Source: Planctomycetales bacterium
GTDB taxonomy: Bacteria; 4484-113
Direction of reading: 5' to 3'
Assembly: GCA_037445915.1 (NCBI GenBank)
Contig: JBBIJQ010000045.1
Location: 1 to 15,778, forward strand
Length of the DNA stretch: 15,778 nt
Both the position numbers and the translations under genes were made by a program. Below are positions 1-6,603 of this stretch, piece by piece. Within the stretch, counting starts at the first letter, position 1, and every line of letters starts with the position of its first letter. Under the pieces are notes generated by a model. The model saw only the letters and a list, made by a program, of their open reading frames with translations. It did not search any database and had not been told where the DNA came from.

Positions 1-193
1 GCTTGATGCTCTGGTAGCCGCGCGCGGTGAGGCCGAGGCGCTCGTGCGCGCGGTTGAGCAGGTTCGTCCCCGCCTCGCCCAGCGCGCATATCTTCTCAAT
101 TTCGTTGGCGCGCAAGTGCGAGTTGAAGCGGTGCTTGCGCCGCGCAGTGAACCGCTACTGTTGCATCTGCCACGCCGCCTTCACCCTCTCGCG
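1..193 (-). pseudogene. comM: 3' remnant of a ComM/YifB Mg-chelatase-like AAA+ ATPase gene, with an in-frame TAG at 157-155; runs off the window edge
   Basis: Manual translation through the TAG gives RERVKAAWQMQQ*RFTARRKHRFNSHLRANEIEKICALGEAGTNLLNRAHERLGLTARGYQSIK. This matches the ComM C-terminal pattern RERVxxARxxQxxRF...NxxL...I...C.L...LL..A...LGLSARxY. Confidence 0.8.
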
Positions 194-346
194 CGCGAAC
201 GCCTCCATGCTCGTCGCCTTGACGGGGCGCAGCGTCGGGATTGCGACGAAAATAATCGCCGCCAAGATGGTGAGCACCATCAGCAGCTCCAGCAGCGTCA
301 TCCCTTGCCGCATGTAGGCTTCCAGCTTTTCCCGCGCGACGGGCAT
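155..346 (-). CDS. Short chimeric ORF: type IV prepilin-like N-terminal cleavage/methylation motif joined to 12 ComM-like residues; probably a non-functional fragment
   Basis: RQG|MTLLELLMVLTILAAIIFVAIP has Gly at -1, Glu at +5 and a hydrophobic helix. Start is ATG 346 (6 nt after a GATAAT box at 358-353) or ATG 313. No pilin globular domain follows. Confidence 0.65.
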   Translation of the reverse strand: MPVAREKLEAYMRQGMTLLELLMVLTILAAIIFVAIPTLRPVKATSMEAFARERVKAAWQMQQ

Positions 347-393
347 ACGTGGATTATCGCGAAAAGCGCTGGTTTCAGGTCTTTCCAAGATAA

Positions 394-624
394 CTAAGAG
401 TTCAATGCCTTTAGAAGTTCATCAACGGAATGTCCGATATCACGCAGCACTTTGGCAACGAGCGGCCGTCCTAAGTCCCTATTCGGGTGAAACGGAAGCG
501 AAGTAGCCCTTCCATCTGGATGCTTATAGAAGATATGGCTTCCCCTTTGGCGCGTCCTGCTGAAGCCAAGGTTCCGCAGCGCTTTCTCCGCATCAGAAAA
601 CGAAAGGACAGGGACTCTGGTCAA
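394..624 (-). CDS. hicA: HicA-family toxin (mRNA interferase)
   Basis: 76 aa with LRNLGFSRTRQRGSHIFYKHPDGR..LPFH..DL, containing the GSH catalytic motif. The TTG start overlaps the hicB TGA stop (TTGA, 624-621). Confidence 0.92.
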   Translation of the reverse strand: MTRVPVLSFSDAEKALRNLGFSRTRQRGSHIFYKHPDGRATSLPFHPNRDLGRPLVAKVLRDIGHSVDELLKALNS

Positions 625-839
625 ACGGCAACCTCAATTTGCTGCACGCCGATAAACGATGAAGGAGTTCCTATATCCTCGCCCAGTTCCTCAATACATA
701 GCTCAATGACTTCACGCAAGTTATCCCTTAGCTCATCCAACGTTGCCGCCTGAGTGTGTGCGCCGGGTACGCTGGGGACTATCCCGACGTACAATTTAGT
801 TTCGGGGTCATATTCCACATACGCGGTAAATGTTCTCAT
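621..839 (-). CDS. hicB: HicB-family antitoxin, short form without a C-terminal DNA-binding domain
   Basis: YVGIVPSVPGAHTQAATLDELRDNLREVIELCIE is the HicB partial RNase H fold signature. ATG 839 is preceded by SD GAAGGAG (851-845), so this start is preferred over 866. Confidence 0.92.
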   Translation of the reverse strand: MRTFTAYVEYDPETKLYVGIVPSVPGAHTQAATLDELRDNLREVIELCIEELGEDIGTPSSFIGVQQIEVAV

Positions 840-854
840 ATGTTCTCCTTCACA

Positions 855-890
855 ATTATACCCCAACCCTGCGCCCTCTTAAGGTATGAT
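855..890. promoter_or_regulatory. Divergent promoter region for hicBA (-) and trxB (+)
   Basis: TATAAT on the - strand at 860-855 just upstream of the hicB SD. TATGAT on the + strand at 885-890 upstream of the trxB SD (AAGGAG). Confidence 0.5.
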
Positions 891-927
891 ACCCACCGGC
901 GCGTGAAGCGCATAAGGAGCGTCATAT

Positions 928-1905
928 ATGGACTTCAAGCCCTGGGAACAGCAGTGGGACACGGTGGTAATCGGCGGCGGGCCGGGCGGCGTTTCGGCTG
1001 CCATCTACTCAATCCGCGGCGAGCTAAAAACGCTGCTCATTGAAAAGTCGTTCATCGGCGGGCAAATCGCCCTTACCGCCGAGGTGGAGAACTACCCCGG
1101 CGTGCCCAACACCACCGGCATGGAACTGGCGCAGAACATGGACGCGCAGCTTCGCAAGTTCAACGCGCAGATAATCAACAAGACCGTGGAACGCCTGCAC
1201 GAAGCGCCCGGCAGCGGCTATATCGTGGAGCTAAACAGCGGTGAAATGGTGGAGACCAAGACAATCATAATCGCCACCGGCAGCCGCCCCAACCTGCTTG
1301 AAGCCAAGAACGCCAAGGAGTATTACGGCCACGGCGTTTCCTATTGCGCGATATGCGACGGGCCGTTCTTCCGGGGCCAGGACGTCGTCATCGTCGGCGG
1401 CGGCGACGCGGCGATGGAAGAGGCGCAGTATCTCGCCAGCGTCTGCGGCCATGTGACCCTCGTCCACCGCCGCGAAGGCTTCCGCGCGCAGCCCATCGCC
1501 GTGAACCGCACCAAGGCCGTCCCCAACATCACGATGCGCCTGAACACCGTCATCACCGAAGTCATTGGCGCCGACGGCAAGGTGACCGGCGTGCGGCTGC
1601 GCGACACCAAGACCGAAGCCGAGAGCGTCCTTCCGGCGGCGGCCGTCTTTGTGTTCATAGGCTCTGTCCCCAACTCGCAGTTTGCGCGCGGATTTGTCGC
1701 TATGTCCGACGACGGGCAAATATATGTGGACAACCGCATGCGCACATCGCGCCACGGCATCTTCGCTGTCGGCGACATTACGCATAAAAGCCTCAAGCAG
1801 ATGAGCGTGTCGGTGGGCGAAGGCGCATCCGCAGCGCTAATGGCGCGCCATTACATCACCACCGGCGAATGGCCCGACGAGCCCCCCGGCCCCACCCACG
1901 ATTAA
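928..1905 (+). CDS. trxB: Thioredoxin-disulfide reductase
   Basis: VVIGGGPGG FAD motif, GGQI..T.EVENYPG, GVSYCAICDG redox CxxC, VGGGDAAMEEA, VHRR..FRA NADPH motif, GIFAVGD. SD AAGGAG upstream. Confidence 0.96.
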   Translation: MDFKPWEQQWDTVVIGGGPGGVSAAIYSIRGELKTLLIEKSFIGGQIALTAEVENYPGVPNTTGMELAQNMDAQLRKFNAQIINKTVERLHEAPGSGYIVELNSGEMVETKTIIIATGSRPNLLEAKNAKEYYGHGVSYCAICDGPFFRGQDVVIVGGGDAAMEEAQYLASVCGHVTLVHRREGFRAQPIAVNRTKAVPNITMRLNTVITEVIGADGKVTGVRLRDTKTEAESVLPAAAVFVFIGSVPNSQFARGFVAMSDDGQIYVDNRMRTSRHGIFAVGDITHKSLKQMSVSVGEGASAALMARHYITTGEWPDEPPGPTHD

Positions 1906-1906
1906 G

Positions 1907-2518
1907 TTAACTCCATCTCTCGGGTTTGGTTAGTAAAAACCCATTTGTAGAAGTTACTGCTTCTGGAAGTTGGCTACTTGCGAATTTTCTTCGGCCAATA
2001 ACGAAATTGCTATAGGCTGCTTCTTGTAGTTCAACAGCACTCCTTCGCGGCGGAAAGGCTACAATAACTCTCTTCGTCGGTGCTATCTGTTTAATGGTCG
2101 TAACTGCAGGCGTCAAGTCGCTATCTCCTGATACCAGCAGTGCTGTATCAAACAAGTCCATAATCGCATCTTCTATTAGAGTGACAGAGATGTTCACATC
2201 GGTCATCTTTTCGGAAGGAACAAATGTCTCAGCTCTACAGGCCGGGCACTTGAAGCTAGACAACTTATACTTGCCAAACACTATTTCGATAGCCCCAACT
2301 GCCTTGAGCGCTTCGAGATAGGTCATTTGCCGTTTCTCTTTCGCAGGATTGTCAGTCACTAAAGAAGTGAAATACTTCACGCTGCTCAGGCTCTGTTTAG
2401 GGGTGAGCAGGCTACTAATCAGCTTATGGATGTTTAGCCACATATATTTATGTCCGTATTTATCACGCAAGCCGTAATACAAGTTAAACCCATCCACGTA
2501 TGCACTTACCCTATACAT
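1907..2518 (-). CDS. NYN domain (LabA/DUF88, PIN-like fold) putative ribonuclease
   Basis: Conserved acidic motifs YVDGFNLYY, EKMTDVNI and LVSGDSDL, with an internal CPAC. Visibly more AT-rich than the flanks. AGGGAGG lies upstream. Converges on trxB with a 1-bp gap. Confidence 0.92.
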   Translation of the reverse strand: MYRVSAYVDGFNLYYGLRDKYGHKYMWLNIHKLISSLLTPKQSLSSVKYFTSLVTDNPAKEKRQMTYLEALKAVGAIEIVFGKYKLSSFKCPACRAETFVPSEKMTDVNISVTLIEDAIMDLFDTALLVSGDSDLTPAVTTIKQIAPTKRVIVAFPPRRSAVELQEAAYSNFVIGRRKFASSQLPEAVTSTNGFLLTKPERWS

Positions 2519-2545
2519 GAAACCCGATCATCCTCCCTTCAGATG

Positions 2546-2578
2546 TTGCAATTCTTATCGAGCTAAGTTATAATATCA
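2546..2578. promoter_or_regulatory. Overlapping bidirectional sigma70-type promoter
   Basis: + strand: TTGCAA (2546-2551), 17 bp, TATAAT (2569-2574). - strand: extended -10 TG-A-TATTAT (2578-2570) pointing at the NYN gene. Confidence 0.75.
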
Positions 2579-2579
2579 C

Positions 2580-2641
2580 TATGCAACGGTGAGGAGAGTA
2601 TCCTCATCCCGACGCCCCCGGCAACGGGGGCGTTTCGCATA
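2580..2641 (+). ncRNA. Putative ~60-nt structured small RNA (two hairpins, possibly closed by a basal stem), divergent from the NYN gene
   Basis: Begins ~6 nt after TATAAT. Hairpin 1: GGTGAGGA-GAGTA-TCCTCATC (2588-2608). Hairpin 2: GACGCCCCCG-GCAA-CGGGGGCGTT (2611-2634, GNRA loop). Basal stem: TATGC 2580-2584 with GCATA 2637-2641. G-U wobbles and the GNRA loop both favour the + strand. Confidence 0.6.
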
Positions 2642-2688
2642 TAAGCTGCATATCGGCATGTCCTTGATGCCTCTCCATCCTGCGCCGG

Positions 2689-2697
2689 TGATATAAT
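2689..2697 (+). promoter_or_regulatory. Extended -10 promoter for the transporter pseudogene
   Basis: TG-A-TATAAT, 8 nt before GTG 2706, with no SD. Confidence 0.6.
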
Positions 2698-2705
2698 CCC
2701 GCGCC

Positions 2706-3337
2706 GTGGAGACTAACCTGATAGCTGTCTGGTGGGGCTTGCTGGCGAGCACAGCGCTCATTGCCGTCGTGCATGCCGCGGCCGGCCCTGACCACTACTT
2801 TCCCTTCATCGCCATTGGCCTGGCGCGTAAATAGTCGCGCACCAAGGCGTTTGCAATCGTCCTCATCAGCGGCATAGCGCACGTCCTGTCTTCGGTCACT
2901 ATCGGCTTCGTCGGCATCGCCGCAGGCATAGGCCGGGAATCGCTGAAAATCCTTGAGGGCACGCGCGGCACGGTCGCGGGATGGCTGCTAATTTTCGCAG
3001 GCGCGCCTTATCTTGCTTGGTCGCTGCGCCCGCACCACCACAATGCGCACGCAGAAGACATCGCCAACGGCCCGCGCGCGCAGCACCGAGGTTTAATCTT
3101 CTGGATATTCGTCGCAGTAATTGTGCTCGGCTTCTGCGAGCTGTTTATCCCGCTGATGTTCGTCGCGGTGCAGATAAGCTGGGATGCGGATACATGCTTC
3201 AGCTTGAGGGCTTTGTGGGAAATGCAGCGAGACCATCGGCGGCATGTTCTTTAGGAACCCGCTGCCCGGCGACTTCAACGGCAGCGGCGGGTGGTGAGTC
3301 TTGTGTGCTCATGTATCAGTTTTCAATTAGCCTGTGA
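2706..3337 (+). pseudogene. Pseudogene of a Ni/Co transporter-like membrane protein (NicO/RcnA/UreH/DsbD_2-like); not in the ORF track
   Basis: From GTG 2706: ...VVHAAAGPDHYFPFIAIGLARK*SRTKAFAIVLISGIAHVLSSVTIG...GWLLIFAG..YLAWSLRPHHHNAH...VLGFCELFIPLMF. It has the HxxxxxDH motif, a second TM His and a His-rich loop. Premature TAG at 2832-2834. The frame loses hydrophobic character after ~3185 and stops at 3252-3254. The 3' boundary is approximate. Confidence 0.8.
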
Positions 3338-3392
3338 TATCTAGAGCGGCGCTGAAGCGCAGCCTACCCGGGATTATTGATACTCTGGTAGC

Positions 3393-5483
3393 TTAAGGCC
3401 GCGAGACTTCCGCGTCCACGCCAGCGCCCAGTTCCACGAGCGGGAGGGGGTTGGCTTCGTCGGTGCCGCGCTGGGTCCACATCTTGTTGTTTGCGGCGAA
3501 GGCGAGTTCGGGCGGGTAAGTATCGTTGCCGCCGGTGTCTATGAACAGCCCGAGGTTTAGAAATAAGTCGCGCAGGCCGCCACGGCTGCCGATGTTGGCG
3601 CGGCCAAGCGTCGTGCCCGCAGCGACCTTGTAGGCGTCGTCGCCGCGCATGTCCCAGAAAATGCCGATGCCGTTGGCGTTGCCGCCGCCCAGCGACAGGT
3701 TCGGCGCTTCGTAAACGTCGTTGCCCGCGCGGTCGGTGAGGAAGCCCAGCGAGAAGTCGTGCCCCGCGCCGATTGCCATGTTCATGTCGGCGAAGTAGTG
3801 GTCGCTGCCCGCGCCGTCGTCCAGCACGCCCAGCGCGAAGTGCGCCGCCGACGCCTGCACATACCAATGCCCGTGGTAGTCGTCGTTTCCCTCGTCGTCG
3901 GCGAGGATGCCCGTGCCGTACCAGTAGCCTACGCCCTGGCCGAAGACGGCGCAGGAATACGCGTCGTTGCCCGCAGCGTCAAAGAGCAGACCCACGCCGC
4001 CTGCCCAGGAATGGCCGGTCGTGTAATCGCCGCGCCGCCCGAAGCCGCAGCCTTGCGCCAGCGAGGAGTTATGGTCCTTGCTTTGCGCGGAGGGGAAGCG
4101 GATGTCGGTATCGTTGGCGGTGTATTTGTCGTCGCCCGCGAGGTCAACCAGCAGCCCCGCGCCCATCGTGTAGCCGTAACCCTGCGACAGCGTGTAGCAG
4201 TCGTAAACATCGTTGCCCGCCGCATCGGCGAGCACGCCAGTGCCGAACACGCCTGCGCCTTCGCAGTTGGAAACGGCGGAGTAGTGGTCAGCGCCGCCCT
4301 CGTCCAGCAGCACGCCGGTTCCGAAGACGCCGCAGCCGAGCGCGAAGTCCTGCGCTGTGTAGGTGTCGTCGCCAGCGCAGTCCACGAGCATCCCGTAGCC
4401 AAAGACGCCTGCGCCGAAGCACGGCTCGGTGGCGGTTTCGCAGGTGTAAGCATCGTTGCCGTTTAAGTCCAGCAGCACGCTTGCGGGGTTGCCGAAGCCG
4501 TAGCTCACGCCTCCCCCCTGGTAGGCGTCGCCACCGCCGCTGTCTATGATGAGCAGGTAGGGCAGCGAGCCGCCGTAACTATTCGCGGCGTCGCCGTTGA
4601 GCGCGACCATGCCCCACGGGGTGTCAAACGTGAACTCGTAGTCGGCGACGGGTTGCGCCGCCTTGAGCATATTGTGAACCTTCTCCGTTACGAGCGCGAG
4701 CAGCGTCGCGCCGGTGTTCAAGTAGCCCCAGTCCACATTGTCCATCAAGTACTCGCTGAGGTCGCTGAGCTGCACATCGCGCTTGATGGCGTCAGTTCCC
4801 TGAAGCGTGTCGCCTTCCTCGGCCATCCACTTCAGCAGTTCGCGCGCAGGGTCATCAAGCTGCGACATTTGCAGCTTCGTGCGCACAGGGTCATACGCCG
4901 CGTCGTAGTAAGCCAGCACATCAGGCAGCGCGTAGAAGTAAAGCGCGGCAGCGTCGGAGATTCCTTTCGGCAGCACGGCAGCGCGCTCGGCAAGGTATTC
5001 AGCTTCGCTGGCATCCATCGTCTTGCCCTCGGCGGCGTAGCACCCCTTGACGGCATCAACGAAGTGGTTGCCTATCGTCGTGTCAGCGAGCTTCTTCGCG
5101 TATGGCACCATGACATCGCCGGTGAGCCCCAGGCGCACTGCGCTATTAAGCCGTGACTGCGCAATTTGAATGAGCTTGGACAGGCTGCCTTCCTTCGCCG
5201 CAGTGAACGCGCCGTCGCGCATGATGGGCGTGTAGGCGGGTATCTTCCACGGGTTGGCGATGAGCGTGTCAAAGAAGCGCAGGCGGTAGCGATCGCCGCC
5301 GTAGAAGTCGCGGTCGCTCAAGTCAAAAGTGCAGCCTTCCATCGTCAGCCCTACTTGGGCGAGCGCCTGGCGGATGGTTGGCGATGCGGCGCCGGCGAGG
5401 TTGTCGTTGCGCGATGCCTGTGCAGGCGCGGCAGCGGCGGTGAGGGCGAGGATGATAAAAGCTAAGGCGATTTTACGCAGCAT
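3393..5483 (-). CDS. Secreted 696-aa hypothetical protein with ~12 tandem hhhDxxGxDxY repeats
   Basis: Sec-type signal peptide MLRKIALAFIILALTAAAAPAQA, SD AGGAGG and strong GC3 codon bias. Repeats include VLLDLNGNDAY, MLVDCAGDDTY, LLVDLAGDDKY, LLFDAAGNDAY and IFWDMRGDDAY. Confidence 0.9.
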   Translation of the reverse strand: MLRKIALAFIILALTAAAAPAQASRNDNLAGAASPTIRQALAQVGLTMEGCTFDLSDRDFYGGDRYRLRFFDTLIANPWKIPAYTPIMRDGAFTAAKEGSLSKLIQIAQSRLNSAVRLGLTGDVMVPYAKKLADTTIGNHFVDAVKGCYAAEGKTMDASEAEYLAERAAVLPKGISDAAALYFYALPDVLAYYDAAYDPVRTKLQMSQLDDPARELLKWMAEEGDTLQGTDAIKRDVQLSDLSEYLMDNVDWGYLNTGATLLALVTEKVHNMLKAAQPVADYEFTFDTPWGMVALNGDAANSYGGSLPYLLIIDSGGGDAYQGGGVSYGFGNPASVLLDLNGNDAYTCETATEPCFGAGVFGYGMLVDCAGDDTYTAQDFALGCGVFGTGVLLDEGGADHYSAVSNCEGAGVFGTGVLADAAGNDVYDCYTLSQGYGYTMGAGLLVDLAGDDKYTANDTDIRFPSAQSKDHNSSLAQGCGFGRRGDYTTGHSWAGGVGLLFDAAGNDAYSCAVFGQGVGYWYGTGILADDEGNDDYHGHWYVQASAAHFALGVLDDGAGSDHYFADMNMAIGAGHDFSLGFLTDRAGNDVYEAPNLSLGGGNANGIGIFWDMRGDDAYKVAAGTTLGRANIGSRGGLRDLFLNLGLFIDTGGNDTYPPELAFAANNKMWTQRGTDEANPLPLVELGAGVDAEVSRP

Positions 5484-5486
5484 AAT

Positions 5487-5516
5487 GAATCCCTCCTATG
5501 CAGGGGGATTCTACCA
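5487..5516 (-). promoter_or_regulatory. Extended -10 promoter overlapping an inverted repeat that can sequester the SD
   Basis: TG-G-TAGAAT at 5516-5508. The hairpin GAAUCCCCCU-GCAU-AGGAGGGAUUC (5511-5487) contains the AGGAGG SD. Confidence 0.6.
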
Positions 5517-5526
5517 CTGCGCAACT

Positions 5527-6588
5527 CTAGCGCGTCAGTTTCTTAACCAGCGCGTAGAGCTCGTCAGCCTGCTTCGGGTCGGCAACCGCCGAGATGACAG
5601 CGCAGGCGGTTGCGCCAGCCTTGATAACGGACGCGAAGTTAGCGGCGGTGATGCCGCCGATGGCGAGAACGGGCGCGTCAACTGCCTTGGCAATGCTCCG
5701 AACGCCGTCCAGCCCGGCGACGCGGGTTCGCGACTTGCTATCGGTCGGGAACACTGCGCCAACGCCAATATAGTCAGCTCCGGCTTCAATGGCGCGTATT
5801 GCTGAATCCGCCGTTCGAGCGCTGTATCCAACAAGCATGTCGCCACGGAAGGTTGAGAGCTTTCCCAGCGGGATGTCCTGCGGGCCGACATGCACGCCGA
5901 AAGCGTTTGCCGCGCGCGCAACGTCCACGCGGTCGTTGACTATAACCAACGAATCGGGGAAGCGCGCAGCGACCGATTGCGCGGCCTTTAGCAGCACCGC
6001 GGCGGGCATATTCTTATAACGGACTTGTATCACCCTCCCGCCTGCGCGGTGGTATCGCGAGACAAGCTGCATCGGCGACTGTATCTTGGTGTTCATCTCG
6101 TCTAAAACGAGATTAAGCGGGAAGCTTGTAAGCGCGTCGCGAAACTCGCGCACTCGGTATTGCGCCGTGAGGTGCGCTTGCGCATTCGCCTCCAGCGCAT
6201 AGAGCGCAAAGCGGAGCTTTTTGTACTGCTGGGAAAAGGCGCGCAGGCTCAGCACCTTGCTTACTTCCTCCAGCGTCCTAGCGGCTTCCTGCGCGCGCTT
6301 CAAGTTTGCGCCCAGCAGCGGGGACTCGCCGGTGCGCGACATTTCAGCGGCGCTGTCAGTTTCTTTGCCGGGGTCAAGCTCTAGGCGGCGCGCCCTCGCA
6401 ATCTCCCTGCCGAGAAGCTCGCGCAATTCCTTTTCCATTTTGCCCGAGGCAAGGCGCAGCGACTTGGCGCGCGAGAAAAGCTTGGCGGATGAAGGCGAAT
6501 AGCGTATGACATCCTCGGCGACGCGTATCCCCTCGCGCAGCCGGTTAAGGTTAGCTTCCAGGATTTGCAGCGCTTGTGTTCTTTCCAC
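5527..6588 (-). CDS. thiE: Thiamine-phosphate synthase with an N-terminal ThiD2-like domain
   Basis: C-terminal ThiE motifs IQVRYK, IVNDRVD, GVHVGPQD, YIGVGAVFPTDSK, AIGGI, AVISAV. N-terminal ILEANLNRLREGIRVAED and ANLKRAQEAARTLEE resemble long cyanobacterial/planctomycete-type ThiE. Confidence 0.92.
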   Translation of the reverse strand: MERTQALQILEANLNRLREGIRVAEDVIRYSPSSAKLFSRAKSLRLASGKMEKELRELLGREIARARRLELDPGKETDSAAEMSRTGESPLLGANLKRAQEAARTLEEVSKVLSLRAFSQQYKKLRFALYALEANAQAHLTAQYRVREFRDALTSFPLNLVLDEMNTKIQSPMQLVSRYHRAGGRVIQVRYKNMPAAVLLKAAQSVAARFPDSLVIVNDRVDVARAANAFGVHVGPQDIPLGKLSTFRGDMLVGYSARTADSAIRAIEAGADYIGVGAVFPTDSKSRTRVAGLDGVRSIAKAVDAPVLAIGGITAANFASVIKAGATACAVISAVADPKQADELYALVKKLTR

Positions 6589-6594
6589 GCGCTT

Positions 6595-6603
6595 ATTCTA
6601 GCA
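6595..6603 (-). promoter_or_regulatory. Extended -10 for thiE (likely leaderless)
   Basis: TG-C-TAGAAT, 6 nt before GTG 6588 and directly after the aroE stop. Confidence 0.65.

Noticed and set aside
2580-2660. Hammerhead ribozyme on the - strand (GAAAC-stem-GUC pattern at ~2636-2611)
   Set aside because: The essential CUGANGA core is absent (nearest is CCGAUAU), and the GNRA loop, G-U pairs and promoter favour the + strand. An Infernal hammerhead search would settle it.
155-2834. Amber (TAG) recoding or pyrrolysine, suggested by two in-frame TAGs inside otherwise open frames (157-155 and 2832-2834)
   Set aside because: hicA, thiE, rsmB and nfnB all end in TAG at family-appropriate lengths. 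Both interrupted genes show other damage (truncation, frameshift), so nonsense mutation is simpler.
2981-3337. 118-aa ORF as a real gene
   Set aside because: It is an alternative frame of the transporter pseudogene with no recognisable motif. At most its tail is a frameshifted remnant.
1-3340. A bounded mobile element (IS, prophage or ICE)
   Set aside because: No transposase, integrase, terminal inverted repeats or target duplications were visible in the window.
3349-3391. Terminator between the pseudogene and the 696-aa gene
   Set aside because: Only short or imperfect inverted repeats with no U-tract; too weak to call.
3517-4556. DNA tandem repeat or CRISPR-like array
   Set aside because: Repetition is at the protein level only. 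The nucleotide units are degenerate, with no identical repeat-spacer pattern.
3364-5805. Numerous long overlapping or antisense ORFs here and over trxB, rsmB and nfnAB
   Set aside because: These are shadow ORFs expected from high GC3 bias. They are Arg/Ala/Pro-rich and fully overlap well-supported genes.
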